Numbered from the stretch's first letter, positions 14,310-27,996 are shown. The stretch: DNA of 64,000 nt from Lama guanicoe (GCA_013239625.1 MU053472.1:2825822-2889821); one strand, 5' to 3'. Numbers and translations: made by a program. Notes: a model not told the origin generated them from the letters alone.

Positions 14310-14570
14310 AGGCATTATAACACAATGGAAAGAGCACTGGCCTTTAGTCAGAGGACCTGGATCAGAGTCCATTAAGTATTGTGCTTTGAGTAAGACACTC
14401 AATCTGTCTGATTCTGTTTCTCATTTTTAAAATCAGAATGATCCAAAAAACAATAAAAAATCATAATTATCATATACCTGTTTTACCTTCTTCACAGAAT
14501 TGCTTTAAGGATCAAATGAGCTGAAAACATTTTATAAACTCTACGTACAATAAAAATGTTAAGATATTGT
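14310..14570 (+). mobile_element. MIR SINE
   Basis: aatggaaagagcactggcc..agtcagaggacctgg...ttgagtaagacactcaatctgtctga..ctgtttctcattt. Confidence 0.7.
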
Positions 14571-15071
14571 CACAGATAACTTGGAAAGGTAAGCCAGAAA
14601 ATGATTACGGCAAATAAAATTTCAACTTGCTCTTTATCTGAAACAGGTACAAGTACTAAATTTCAAGATAGAACACAATTTCCATGGCAGAGTCCTCTTT
14701 CACTGGTTCACACTATCAGTAAAAGTGCCACGTATCCTGAACCTTGACCTACTAAAGAATCAGTGTATTTAATGTACACAGGTCTGATTTCTCCTGTAGG
14801 TCAAGCCAGAAGAAAACAACTTCTCATTTTCAGTGTTCTCCTTTACATAGAAGAGTCGACATGAGAAAGTTGACTGTAATAATCCAGTGAGCAAATAGAA
14901 ATATGTTCCCCTAACCTAGTTTTCTTCAAACTATACAGAGAAAGGAAAATAAATGCTTCTATAACATTCTAAATGTAATTAATCCATTTTGGCAGAGCAG
15001 GGAGGAGATTGTTGAAGATTTCTAAAATTAGTAAATTAGGTTTATATAAAAAGTAATGGAAGATTCTTTAC

Positions 15072-15207
15072 TTTGAGGTCCATTCCTTCAAGATTACTAG
15101 GATTTCCAGAGAAAAATACTGCAAGGTAACGAGTGGCTGTCTCCACAGGACAATATTCTGCCTTTCTTCCCGATCCCTCCTTTTCTTTTCACTCAGCGAA
15201 GAGGAAT
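15072..15207 (-). CDS. VMP1: VMP1 exon 3 (136 nt)
   Basis: (D)[44 protein letters not shown](K); acceptor ctttttcag, donor gtaaag. Confidence 0.96.
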
Positions 15208-15479
15208 CTGAAAAAGATTAATGCAGAGGTTAAAACAGAATGCTCACTTTTCCCAATCACTTTCAAAATTCACTTACCTCCCCATTCCACATTTGAAGGA
15301 CTGCATATAAACCTCAAAAAACAAATAATGTTGTTCACATTGTGACAAGTCTAGGCTAGGTCCTGCTGTTCTACTCTTTAGTTCTGCAATTATTTTGTCA
15401 TCAGGACACAAGTTCTTCTTGTACATTACTGAAATACTAAATTAGCCCACTTTCTATGAAGGGCAATTTAGCATCGTAT

Positions 15480-15715
15480 CATAGAGCAAACTGGTTTAGA
15501 GCTCAAAACGTGAAGGCAAACTATTTGGTTTCAAATCCTGGCTTTGCCATCTACTAGTCAGGTGACCTTGGGCAAGTTAGCTAACCTTTCTATGCCTTAG
15601 TTTTCTCTTCTTTAAAACAAAGATAAAAATACTACTTACTTTTTAGAGTTTTGTAAAGATAACTGAGTTAATATAAGAATGTATACGTGCAATTAAGGTT
15701 AGTTATTATTGGTAG
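15480..15715 (+). mobile_element. MIR SINE
   Basis: ttcaaatcctggctttgccatctactagtcaggtgaccttgggcaagttagctaacctttctatgccttagttttctc. Confidence 0.8.
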
Positions 15716-17084
15716 TAATGATAACTCTCTAAGCATCATCTCTTGAAATTACAAATGCATATACCCTGTCACCCAATAATTCCATTTCTAAGAATCATTA
15801 GGTATAAGGGGAAATGACTTTTGTACAAGTTTATTCAATGCAGTGTTATTTGTTCTAGTAAAAGATTATGAACAACTTAAATTTATGAATACAGGACAGA
15901 GGAGTGATTAAAATATGATACACTCAGACAATGGAATACTAAGCAGCCGTAATAAAGAATAAGATCTTCATGTACAATCTCTAGGAAATATTAAGGAAAA
16001 AACCCTAAACAAACACACACCATGGTACAGAAGAGTAAGTGTGCCATACTAACATTAATTTTAAATTCCAAGGGAGTGGGCAGGAGGGAAAGAATATATA
16101 AATGTATGTGCTTGCTAAAAGAAAGGTAAGAAAAAATAACATGCATAAGCTCCTAATGGGAAGAGACTATGATATATGCAATGCCTATCTCTGAATCCTG
16201 AAACTCTTAGTAAAATGATGCAAAACTTCTGACAGCTAAAGTAACCCAAAAGTCAAAAATTCTGCAAAATGTGTTCTGCAAGGCAATGTGGTAATCAAAC
16301 AAGTGGAAACTATTATTTCAGATAGCTTGTGGTTCCTCCAATGCAAGAAAATTTCTATGATATAATATTGCTACGCTGAAGTATTATTTGCAATGTGTTT
16401 TAGATGCCAAATGATTTAGAAGTTAAAAAGAAAACTACTACAATGAACAAAAAAGGAAAACCTTTCCTTTTCCTTTGTACATATAAAGCAAAGTTCCTAC
16501 TTAAATCCTCTATATAAATGAAAGCTATAATTTTCCGGGTAAATGTATGAATAAGAGACAAATATACTGAAATTTACCACAAATTCCAAATTCAGTTAAA
16601 AGATAAATTTGTCTTACACTAAAATTTAAAAATAAATCCACAATAATCACATTCTGACTTTTTGGATAATTACATAATTAGGATTAGCATAATAAGTAAA
16701 TTTATAATCTAATTCTAAAGTTATAAAATAGCATGATAAAACTGAGCACCAAATAAAGCCAAATTATTACTTCTTAATCTTGTGGTGCAATAAATATTTA
16801 CCTTGCACCTAGAATACTGCTGATGTAACTATGGCCAGGCTGCCTCTGCTATCACTGTGGAAAACCACTTATAGGCCCTATATACCCATAATTTAATTTA
16901 CTATGAAGAGTAAACAAATGATAACTAATCTTTTACAAGATACATATGAATTTTACGTATCTTGTATTATTATATATTATTTTATTAACAAAAGATAATA
17001 AATATTATATATAATCTATTTCTATTTTACTCCAATGAGAAGGATAACCCATAGATCTGCTCCCTCTAAACCACCATACTTCAC

Positions 17085-17160
17085 CTGTGAAGTTTCCATT
17101 ATATTGTTCCTTGTTCATTGCTACACGTCTCTGGTCACAATTTTTTCCATTCTCTGCCAT
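17085..17160 (-). CDS. VMP1: VMP1 exon 2 coding part (start codon; whole exon 17085-17186)
   Basis: ATG at 17160-17158, [25 protein letters not shown]; 26 nt of 5' UTR after acceptor ttttcttag; donor gtgaag. Confidence 0.96.
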
Positions 17161-18774
17161 TTCATAGATCAGTAACTCTTGAGGAGCTAAGAAAACAAAA
17201 TAAAGTCCAGGGGTACGTTACATACTTCTGCTCTGCATTTATGACTGAATAACGCTGAATACAGAAACAACATGGCAGTACTACCACCCGGGCTGTTTCA
17301 ATAATATATTTACACCTTAAATTTCTCTTTCATAATCAAGGTTTAATTATTTGTAAAGAAACTGTAACAGAAGTAGTAAAAACATAAAAGCCATTTTAAA
17401 ATATAAAAGCCATGTTGTTGTAAACCTTTTCCAAACAGTTATTCCAGCAATTTTCCAGATTAAAATTTGGAGGTAGTTTGTCCACAGAAGGATATTAAGT
17501 ACTAGTACCTTCAAATATTGATAACCTATAAGATCTAGAGTCATTTTGATTCATAACTTAATATCATACACATTAGCTACTCAAATTTAACAAATTTTTC
17601 AGTCCTTCTAGCATTAGAAAAAAATTGGTATTACCAAATATGTCAAAAATGCTAACATACAGATCCAAGGTCAATTTTATTCATGCAACAACTCTATCTA
17701 AAAAATTAATGATATGGGCATAGAAGATGAAAATTTTAAATGTTTAATGTATATTAAATAGGTACTCTTTATAGCATGCTTCACATTACAGGTATAGGTG
17801 TAAATTTTTACTTTAAGTCCCTGTATTACAACATATAAATTGTGCTGACATAATTATTCTACATAAAAACACAGATTACCTGTGCCTATATCACTCAGAT
17901 GTTAGTAAAGCAAATCTTTCTACTCAGAAAGCATATCACTCCAACAAAGTCTCAGTGCTGAGTCCTCTGCTTGTGCTGAGTCCTGCTAGACTTATATTCA
18001 GCTGATTAGACTATGATGTGGTCATGAGTTCAATCTTCCTACAGTTCATTAGTTTGAGCTACTTCATTCCCTGACTAAAATTCTAACCATAATTACTATT
18101 CCCAAAAGGTATGCCTCATAAAGGAAAGTAAGTGAAAGGCTGTAAAGACTCAGAAAAGAGCATACACTCATCACTCCAACAGAAGGTCTTTTCTTTTAGA
18201 CACAATCCACTTGGGGACAATGTGAACCAATGAACGTATCAGGAAATAAAGTATAGGTTTCCATCAGCACAGATGGACAGCCTGGAGCAGATGACTGAAA
18301 GTCTAAAATCTGGATATGCAGACCAGATTTGCCACTAACTAGTTGTGTGATCTTAAGCAAGTCTCATTTCTTTCTAGATCTTGATTTTCTGGATCTATAA
18401 AATGAGGACAAAAACTCTCACTTCCACAGGATCGATGAGGATGAAGGTGTGTGATTGGGCATGCATGCGTGTATATAACTATAAACGGCAATACATCAAA
18501 AGGGTAGGAGCTATATGAAGCAGTTAATCTAGAAACTCTCTATACCACTTTATATAACACACGACTCACTGCTACCATCAGTGACGTCAGTGTCTTTCAT
18601 TCAACACTAATTAAAAAAGTTCTGGGGTCTATAACAGGCACTGAAAGTATAAATACAAATAAGACAAGATCTTTGTCCTCCAGACGGTCAGAGTCCGGCA
18701 GGGAAGCCAGATGAGTACAAGACTTCAATTATAATATAATACAATGAAAGAGACACAAAGTAAATAACTTACTG

Positions 18775-19010
18775 GGAAAAACCAGCTTTTAGAATCTAGC
18801 AGAACTGGATTCAAATCCAAACTTCACAAGTATTTATTCTGACCTTGGGCAAGTTTCTAAATCTTTCTAAACATCAGTTTCTTTCATTTGCAAAATATAG
18901 ACAACATGACACACATTAAAGGGTTACTATGAGGATTAAAGCAGGTATTGTATATAAAATACCAATATATTATCTCACCTTTTGTATGAACTCAATATAT
19001 AGTAGTTACA
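18775..19010 (+). mobile_element. MIR SINE
   Basis: ctggattcaaatcc...gaccttgggcaagtttctaaatctttctaaacatcagtttctttcatttgcaaaat. Confidence 0.8.
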
Positions 19011-19883
19011 ATGATGATGAGGAAGAAAGCACAGGAGAAAATATGGGAGCTCAGAGGGCAATACATTTAAAGGAGTCAAAGAAGCTGAAAATTGATTCTG
19101 CAAACTTAGACAAGCAATTACCAAAAAAAGGAAAGATGAAGATATTTTGTGAAAATCTATAAAATCAAAGCATCACAATAGGTTCACACAATGTGAATCT
19201 GTTCCACAAATCAAGCTTTCTGGATTTTAATAATAAAATTAACGAAAGATGTCTGAAATGGACCATATAATAAAGCAAAGATTTTCCATCTTTCAATCAT
19301 TCAACTTGAAGCCATAGTTAAGTTCTATAAATATTTAAAACTGTGTGAACTCATATTCAGCCAAATTCTATAGGTAATTCATTTTAGAGATAAAAAGACT
19401 TTCATCTGCATCATAACAAATAACATTTAATTAATTTGTAGTAAAAAGATAACGCATAAAAGGCCTTCTGTGTTTCGAAGAAAACATTCTAAAACCTTTC
19501 CCCCTGAAAAACAATGATAACTGAGTTTATTTCCCCAGTATTACCCTTTCCCATAGTATCATCTGTAAGAGTTTTATCTAAAACTTGGGTCTGTTTAAGT
19601 TCTTACTTATAACAATGGTGTTACACAATTATTCAAAGATGTTTTTAAAGCTGTTTCAACAGGAATTTTTATTTGAGCAAATGTGTCCTTACACAGTATG
19701 CTTTTTAAAAAAAGGTCTACTGACATTTCCTACTCAAAAAATTTTCAAAAAAAAAATTCTCTAGAAAAAAAATAGTCTGGAATCTCATTTTTAAAGAAAT
19801 AACCTACGAGACTAAGTTATCTTCTTTTAATCAGTCTACTTCTTTATAAACAAAATAAATTCACAGTTTAAAAAAACAACTGT

Positions 19884-21445
19884 GATTTTTCCGGTCAAGA
19901 TGCTGGAATAGTAGGAACACGCTCGCCTCTTCTCGTGACTACAGCAAAACCACAACTGACTGCTAAACAACCATGGTGAGGGGGTGAGGCTGGCACCTAG
20001 CAAAAAAGATCTTCTTCAACTGGAAACAGAAAGAGGGAACCACAGCAGGATGGTAGGAGGGGAGGGGCGTGCTCGCTATATATTCGGGCCCTATACCCCG
20101 CTGGTGGGCAACCCACAAGCTGGAGAAAAATTAAATTGCAGAGGCCCTCTCACAGGAGTGAGAGTTCTGAGCCCCACGTCAGGCTCCCCAGCCCGGGGCT
20201 CTGGCATGGGGAGGAGGAGGAGACCCCAGGACACCTGGTTTTGAAGGCCAGTGTGGCTTAACTCCAGGAGCCCCACGGGACTGGGGGAAGCAGAGACTCC
20301 ATTCGCTTGGGAAGCCTGCACAGAATCTAGTGTGCGCCAGGTCCAAGGGCAGAGGCAGTGATTTCATAGGAACCTGGGCCAGACCTACCTGCTAGTTTTG
20401 GAGGGTCTCCTGGGGGTGCAGGGGATGGCTGTAGCTCACCCAGGAGACTTAAAAGCTGGTGGTGGACATTCCAGGAGTTTTCATCTACATGAGCTTTTCT
20501 GGAAGCTGACATCTTGATTGGATCATTAGCACCAAGACCCAGCCCCACCCAACAGCTGTAGGCTTAATGGCTGGGAAGCCTCAGGCCAAACAACCTACAG
20601 GATGGGAACACAGCCCCACCCATCAGTAGACTTTCTGAGCTGTGGACCAACTCCTCCTGCCAGGAAACCTGCATAAGCCTAGTCCAGCCTCATCCACCAG
20701 GGGCCAGGTACCAGAAATAAGAAAACAACAATCCCAAAGCCTGTGGAAAGAATCCACAAACACAGGCCAGACTCTACACTGGGACTGGCTGGACCCTGAG
20801 CCTTGGGTGACAAAAGAGGAGTGTACTGCTGGGACAGAGGACTGCCATTTTGACAGGTGTGAGATGATAGCTCACTGTGATTTTGATTTGTTTCCCTGAT
20901 ACTGGTGATGTTGAGCAACTTTTCATGTTCCTCTTGGACATCTGCATTTCCTCTTTTGGAAAAGTGTCAGTGCAGTTCTGCCCATATTTTAAATGGGTTG
21001 TTTCTTTGCTTTTTAAACTAAAGTACAGTTGATTTAAAATGTATTAGTTTCTGGTGTACAGCATGGATGGATTCGGAGGGCATTATGCTAAATGAAATAA
21101 GTCAGACAGAAAAACAAATAATGTAAGGTATCGCTTACATGTGGAATCTAAAAAATACAACAAACTAGTGAATATAACAGAAAAGAAACAGACTCACAGA
21201 TATAGAGAAGGAACTTAGTGGTTACCAGTGGGAGAGGGTAGGGGGAGGGGCAAGATGGAGGTGGAGGATTAAGAGGTACAAGCTATCAAGTATAAAATAA
21301 GCTACAGGGATGTAATGCACAACATGGGAAATATAGCCAATATCTTATAATAACTATAAGTGGAGTATAACCTTTAAAAATTGTGAATTATATTGTATAT
21401 CTGTAACATATAACATTGTACATCAATTATACTTCAATTTTAAAA
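19884..21445 (+). mobile_element. L1 mosaic: 5' UTR (19884-20840), inverted L1 pieces (20843-21064), L1 3' end (21065-21445)
   Basis: Starts ttccggtcaagatg (YY1-type L1 start); GC-rich UTR similar to the copy at 26072; gccattttgacaggtgtgag antisense ORF2 end; ggagggcattatgctaaatgaaataagtcagacaga...tcaattatacttcaat 3' end. Confidence 0.85.
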
Positions 21446-21989
21446 CTATGACATTGTAAAATAAAAGAAACCTAAACAAAAAACTTTTGAAAAACTTTTA
21501 TCATTCCCAACAGAACTATAATATAAAGCCAAAAATGTAACGAATCACTTGTGTCCTAAATAGTTAAGCTTATAAAAGCATAAAAACTTTTTGGCATTTT
21601 AACCATTTTCCAAAATATCTTACACAAATTCCTTGTCTTTTAAAATTCCCCTAAAAATATTCTCCATTCCTTTGTCCCTATCTTCCTCAGTCCCATATAT
21701 ACTTTGCAAAACTGCGATGCTCCCGGAACAACCTGCATTTTTATAGAATGACTGATTAGCTGAACAAAGCTGGAGAAAAATCACACACTCGCACAGTCAC
21801 TTTCATTTCACTTATTCATTAAACAGATATTTATCAAGTACTCATCATGTGACAATTATTTGAGATGCCAAATCTCAAACCTCAAATTGATGCTCATTCT
21901 TACTAATACTTTTTTTCACTCTCATACTTTCATTCCTTGTTCTTTCTTCTCAAACTTTTCCCCTCCGTACTCTCAGGCATTTACTTTCT

Positions 21990-22700
21990 TTCTTTGTTTT
22001 TTTTTTTTAAATCAAGAAAGCAGAGGGAGAATTCCCCAAATCTTTCTACCACTAAATCTACTCAATTATCTATACCTTCAGCCATGTTAGCATTCTTCCT
22101 CTCTTTACGACAGGGGCAGCGTCCTCTACCAGCAAAGGCTATCACGTCAATATACATTTTGTATATCCTCACTTACCCTCTCAGGGGCTTTGCTCCTTCA
22201 GTTATCTCTGTGTCATCAATTTTTCCCCTTTATTGGATTACTCTCAGCAGCAAATAAGCATTAGCATTAGCATTTAGCAAATAGCATTTCCCATTCTCAG
22301 TCCCTCATAGACAGATTTCTCCAGAGAGCTGCCTAGGCAAACATAGTCTCCACTTCCTCATCACCAAATCTCTTTTCAATCCATTGCAATACGCCTTCTG
22401 TTTCAACAAATCAAAACAAATTTCTTTTGTCAAGGTCACCAGTGACCTCCACATTGCAAGATCCAATGGACACACCTTAATGAACCTCTTGTCTTCACTC
22501 ACCACAAGCAATCACTCCCTTTCTTGAAATACTGTCTTGTTTTTCTTCCTATTTCTCTGCCTACTCCATTGATAGCTCCCACTGCTCTACTTCCTGGTGT
22601 TCTTCAGTGTCTGGTCCTGGAATCCTTATTGTGTTTTCTCTACACTCTTTCCCTAATGATGTCATGTATTCATGCGGTCTTAAATACCATCTATAATTCT
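21990..22700 (+). mobile_element. L2 fragment
   Basis: tgtcaaggtcaccagtgacctccacattgcaagatccaatggaca, tcactccctttcttgaaatact. Confidence 0.75.
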
Positions 22701-23324
22701 CTCTCTCTTCAAAAGTAGAATGATGGTCCATGTGGCAAAAGCAATTACAATCATAGAAAAGATCTTAGCATGAAAGCCTATCCTACCCCTACAATTCACA
22801 AAGAATGTGAGTCTCAGAGGTAAAGTGACTTGTATAATGTCACTGAACAAGTTAGCAGCAAACCTGCGTGTCTGCATACAGGTGGTCTCAACAACAGTAT
22901 GGAGGACATTTACCTACTGTAAGATAACCCCCCATCTCAAAATTAAATTTAAGATTATTTTTCTGAGAATCTTGAAAGAGATAAGCCCAATTTGAGTTGG
23001 TCCATAATGTGATTTAAGAGTTAAAGGCTCAACTTAAATCTCATCATGTCAGAGTAGGGGTGAGTCTGAGTTTTCTTTGATAAACTGGAAGGTATTAGGA
23101 GACTGGGACAATAACTATAAAGTTACTATCCGAAGGAAAAACAGTAATTTAAGGAGCTGGTTTTATGGTAAAAGGGAAGCTCAACAAGACAAAAATAGAA
23201 AATATATATCTCCAATGCAGTGCAGCACTTAGAAATCTCATGCCTGTGGGGCATATAGCATCATGATTATCACTGATTATCTTTGCTACCTTCCACTGAC
23301 TGTAGGTTCACCAAATATTTTGAT

Positions 23325-23635
23325 TGTAACCTGGTCTTCTGGGAGGATTAGTCCAAAATGTTTTTACTTACAACACTTCTGACATCAAATGTGTGGGGTT
23401 TTTTCCACACCAACAACCAACTTCTCAACTCTCCAGACATAAACTGACTGTCCCTACAATTCAATTCAATTCTAACACTAACACCCATTCTGGAGGATTC
23501 TAGGAGCCCAACAAAAGTTGCCTCATTAGAACAAGACATTCCTATTACTCACATCACTCAGGAAAACTACAAGGGATTTAGGAGTTTTGTGTCTGGAACT
23601 GGGACAAAGACCAAATATATATTTCTTATGCCACA
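23325..23635. mobile_element. MER21-like LTR fragment
   Basis: acacttctgacatcaaatgtgtggggtttttccacaccaac...cctacaattcaattcaattctaacactaac. Confidence 0.6.
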
Positions 23636-23656
23636 CTTACTCTATAAGGAGAGACT

Positions 23657-24030
23657 ATGCTAGAGGTGGCCTGAAATGTGTGTCCCCTTGTCCGCAAATT
23701 TATATGTTGAAGCTCTAATCGCCAGCGTGACTATATTTGTAGTTAGGATCTTGAAGCAGGTAATTGAGGTTAAATAAGATCCTAAGGGTGGGACCCTAAT
23801 CCAACAGAACTGGTGTCCTTACAAGAGGAGAAGAGAGACTGATCAGAGACCCCTCTCTCTGCATACACACAGAGGAAGGCCAGTGAGGACACAAGAAGGT
23901 ACATCCACAAGCCAGGAACATAGCTAGCACCTGGATTTTGGACTTCCCCTCCCCAGAACTGTGAGAAAATAAATTTTTGGTTGTTTAAATCAACCAATCT
24001 GTGTTACTCTGTTAGTCTGCTCAGCACAGT
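23657..24030 (+). mobile_element. MLT1A-type MaLR LTR
   Basis: tatatgttgaagctctaatc...aattgaggttaaataagatcctaagggtgggaccctaatccaacagaactggtgtccttacaagagg...ccagaactgtgagaaaataaattt. Confidence 0.85.
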
Positions 24031-25980
24031 AACCCAATGCTGGTTAGTATAACCAAGGGGAACCAGATAACACGATAGTAATATTTTTCTTGGTAATGTT
24101 GATAAATTGGTATCCTGGTGTGTGAATTTGGTTAGCAGAAGTAAATACAGCCTCGGGAGTCCTTTCAGATATATGCTTACAACGTCAAATTTCTAAATTA
24201 TAAAGCTGAGGATCAGACACTAAGATGTAGATCCAGATGCCCTAAGCGGACTCAGCTGTGTATGCCAGCCTATCTTTTATCCAGGAAATACCCTACGAAC
24301 TTTACTGCACGTGTCTTCAAACTGCAACAGACTACGTATAACCTAGCATCAGCATACCCTGTTATCTTACTCATTATCATCTTCCTCATTATAAGATAAC
24401 CAATTTTATGGGGAAACAGGAAGACTCAGGGCCCCAAAGCTGCCAATATGTCTCAACTGACTTGCGGCCAAGTCTGGGTAAGCAGCATTTGGACTGGGTA
24501 CTTATCCATACTCCACAATTCAAGACTGAAGGCATCTATGCTGTTCCAATTGTTCTCCTTCCCACCTGAAAGTAATTTTATTTCTTTGGCTCTAAAACCA
24601 ACATCACTTACAGGTGTGTAACATTGGGTAAGTTATTTAAATGTCTGTATTTGAGTTTATTTGTAAAATACTCCCATTCCTATTTTCATGTCATCCTTAT
24701 ATTTTTTTTATGTTGCTTTAAGGGATTCTCAGTTATCTAGTTTCTCTAATTCAAGAAAAATTATATATAATTGTCCTGCACAGTGACTGGCACATAGCAG
24801 CACTTAGAATTAGCTTTTCCACACTCTTTTCATGAATGTTACAATTTTCCAAAATAATCATAGTGAATACTACCCCAAGTATTCATTTATAGGCATTTGT
24901 CTTCCATATCTCTATGATGTATAAAAGACCCTGAGTAACTGGTTTAAACAGAAGCATCCACTGAAAAATTTGTTATGTTGGATAACAAAAGCGAGTTATG
25001 TTTCATCAATCCAAACATTCTGAAACGTATGAAAAGGACAATCTGTTAAACAATTATTGCATGGTAAAAGGGCTCAAGCCAACGTAGCTAGAGTAAAGTG
25101 AAATAATCATTTTTAAGGAGAGCCACTTTTCACAGTTCAATGAAGTAGCATTAATTTTGGAAACCTGTTACTAAACAATGTCAGTCAGATTCCTGGATGT
25201 GGGAATAAATTCAAAGTATTACTAGCCTGTTCAAAATACTGAAATCTTCTCAAACAGAAATCAAGCACATGACATATTTCTGACATTCAATGGAGCTTTG
25301 CAATGAGGGCCATAATACCAATTTGAACAGCAAGCATCTAAGTTAGCTTTGTTTCTAAGAATGAAGCTGTTGAAATAAACTCTATAGGTCTGTGGATGGG
25401 ATGAGAAGACAGAAATAGAAAAGAAGCATAACTCAAATATCAAATAATTTTCATTGTGAAGCTATATATAGATACAAGAAATGCTTTAAAAGGCAGTAAC
25501 TAGCAAATTTTAAATACAGCTGAAGCACTTAAAATATAAGGTTGATATTAAAATATGTGGGGTTCTGGCAGAACTGCTCAGAAAACACTGCTAAACTCAG
25601 CTCACAAAGCTTCTTTGTAGGCTGTACATCCCGTGCACTAAGAATATAATACTCCATTCATTTCAAACATTAGCTACACTTGTAATGCAAAAACAGTATG
25701 AAACTAATCTACTGTTAAGTCCCCCAAAGCGACAAAAAAACATTTAATGATGAAATGAAAATGGCAACTCACCGAGTTGTATAAGAGTTATTGGAGAATT
25801 TACCAAGATGAAAAGGAAAAGAAAATAGAGCAGTGAAGCCATTGATTCTAATTTTCTTCATCACTGAATTCCAAAATAAAATGAACACACTACCTTTTAA
25901 GAAAATCATCTATCCAACTGTTTCTACTTTTTCACAAAAATATTAAGTCAGCTTTCTCAATAAAACACAATGTTTTCCAG

Positions 25981-26068
25981 GGGGGGAAGGGAGGGTATAG
26001 CTCAGTAGTAGAGTACATGCTTAGCATGCACCAGGTCCTGGGTTCAATCTCCAGTACCTCCCTTAAAA
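25981..26068 (+). mobile_element. Camelid tRNA-derived SINE (Vic-1-like)
   Basis: gggagggtatagctcagtagtagagtacatgcttagcatgcaccaggtcctgggttcaatctccagtacc. Confidence 0.88.
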
Positions 26069-26071
26069 TGC

Positions 26072-27996
26072 GACTTTCCAATCAAGATGGCAGAGTGGTA
26101 GGACCATGAGCCCGCCTCTCCTCGCAACTACAACAAAACCACAGCTGACTGCTAATCAATCATCAAAGAAATGACTGGAACCTAGCAAAAAAGATCTTCT
26201 TCAACTGGAAACCAAAAGATGGAACCGCAGCAAGACGGCAGGAAGGGCATGCTCACGATATAATCAGGCCCCATATCCCCTGAGTGGGGGACCCACAAGC
26301 TGAAGCATGATTAAGTAGCAGAGGCTCTCCTACAGGAGTGAGAGTTCTAAGCCCCATGTCAGGCTCCCCAGACCAGGCTTCTGGCACTGGGAGTGGGACA
26401 GGAGGGAAGGGGGCAGGGCACAGCCATTCAAGGAATGACAGCAATTAACACCAAAATGGTGGAAGATTCAACTCCCAGTAGGCCCTGAGGATTAAGATGG
26501 CGGGAGGTTTGACTTCTAGTAGAACTTGAGCTTCATAGATGCTCACTGTAACACATTAGCATGATTAAAAACATGCCCACAGGCGACATGACAGTCCCAA
26601 GGCTAACTGCAAAAGGTCAAAGAGCGGGCGGTGGCCCAATTCCTGGGAATCCCAGCCCCCTCCCCAGGGCAGTTGGAATAGTCCTCCCACTTGTGTGAAG
26701 ATACCACGCCCATAACAACTAACAACACTGAGCCTTGAAGACGCCTCTCTCACTCCCTACTCTTTGGATAAGGCCCGCACTCTGTCTATGGAGCGTGTAT
26801 CAGCTTTTTCTTTAATCTGAGCACCCAACCGCCACACCTCGTGGCCTTTCTCTTGCCTTACACTCTATGCAGTTTGTATCTCTCTAAATAAATCTACATT
26901 TACTCAACTGTGGCTCGCTCTTGAATTCTCTCCTGTGCAAAGCCAGGACCCACACCTGGTGGGGCATGTCCCAGGGGCTCCACCGAGACCTGGGACACAG
27001 CCCTCCTCATGCCCCACATCCATTTTTCCTGCATCAGGAGGAGGAGGAGACCCCAGGACATCTGGTTCTGAAGCAGTGGGGCTTAGCTCCAGGAGTCCCA
27101 AGGGACTGGGGTAAACAGACTTCATTTTCATGGGAAGTGTACACAGAATCTTGCATGTGCCAGGTCCAAGGGCAGAGGCAGTGATTTCATAGGAACCTGG
27201 GCCAGGCCTGCTGCTGGTTTTGGAAGGTCTCCTGGGGATGTAGAGGAAGGCTGCAGCTCACTCAGGGGAGATAAAAGCTGGTGGTGGACATTTTGGGAGT
27301 GTTCATATAAATGAGCTTTCCTGGAGGCTGGCATCTTGATTGGATCATTAGCACCAAGATCTAGCCACATCCAACAGCCTGTAGGGAAGCCTCAGGCCAA
27401 ACAACATATGAGTTGGGAACACAACTCTATACATCAGCAGATCTCCTGAGCCACAAATGCCACAGGCCCTAACTGCCAGAGGTCCATGACCAAGCTTCTT
27501 CACCCAGCAGTGGGGAGGCACCAGCTCCTCCTGAGTTGGAAAATATAAAGAATACCCAGAGTTGAAGAATAAAATCACTGAAATCAACCACACACTAGAA
27601 GAACCAAGAACAGACTAAATGAGTCAGAAGAATGCATCAATGGGCTAGAAGGCAGATTAGTGGAAATCACTACTGCAGAACAGAAAAAAGAAAAAAGAAT
27701 GAAAAGAAATGACAATAGTTTAAGAGAACTCTGGGACAACATGAAGCACATTAATATTTGCATTATAGAGGTCTCAGAGAGAGAAGAGAGAAAGGACTTA
27801 AGAAAACTTTCTAAGCAACAATAACCAAAAACTTCCCCAATTTGGGAAAGGAAACAGTTACCCAAGTCCAGGAAGCACAAGAGAGTTCCACACAGGATCA
27901 GCCCAAAGAGGAACATACTCACGCACACAGCCATCAAACTGACAAAAATTAAGGATAAGGAGAAAATATTAAAATCAGCAAGAGAAAAGCAACAAA
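26072..27996 (+). mobile_element. L1 5' UTR plus partial ORF1, interrupted by a solo LTR
   Basis: gactttccaatcaagatggc start; same UTR family as 19884; ORF1 remnant (tttaagagaactctgggacaacatgaagc, aaaacttccccaatttgggaaaggaaacag, caagagaaaagcaacaaat). Confidence 0.88.
26394..27036 (+). mobile_element. Solo ERV LTR (probably ERV1 class), 643 bp
   Basis: TG...CA termini, 4-bp TSD ggag (26390-26393, 27037-27040), AATAAA at 26887; the L1 UTR resumes exactly after it. Confidence 0.85.

Noticed and set aside
20091..20548. Antisense ORFs similar to those at 26253-27370 (MKSLPLPLDLAH, LGANDPIKM), suggesting a paralogous gene pair or ORF0-like product
   Set aside because: The similarity is explained by two copies of the same L1 5' UTR; frames and stops differ between the copies
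25990..26060. tRNA-like sequences with A and B boxes (also 7100, 29835, 33510, 61990)
   Set aside because: Diverged copies with A-rich tails and TSDs: SINEs, not tRNA genes
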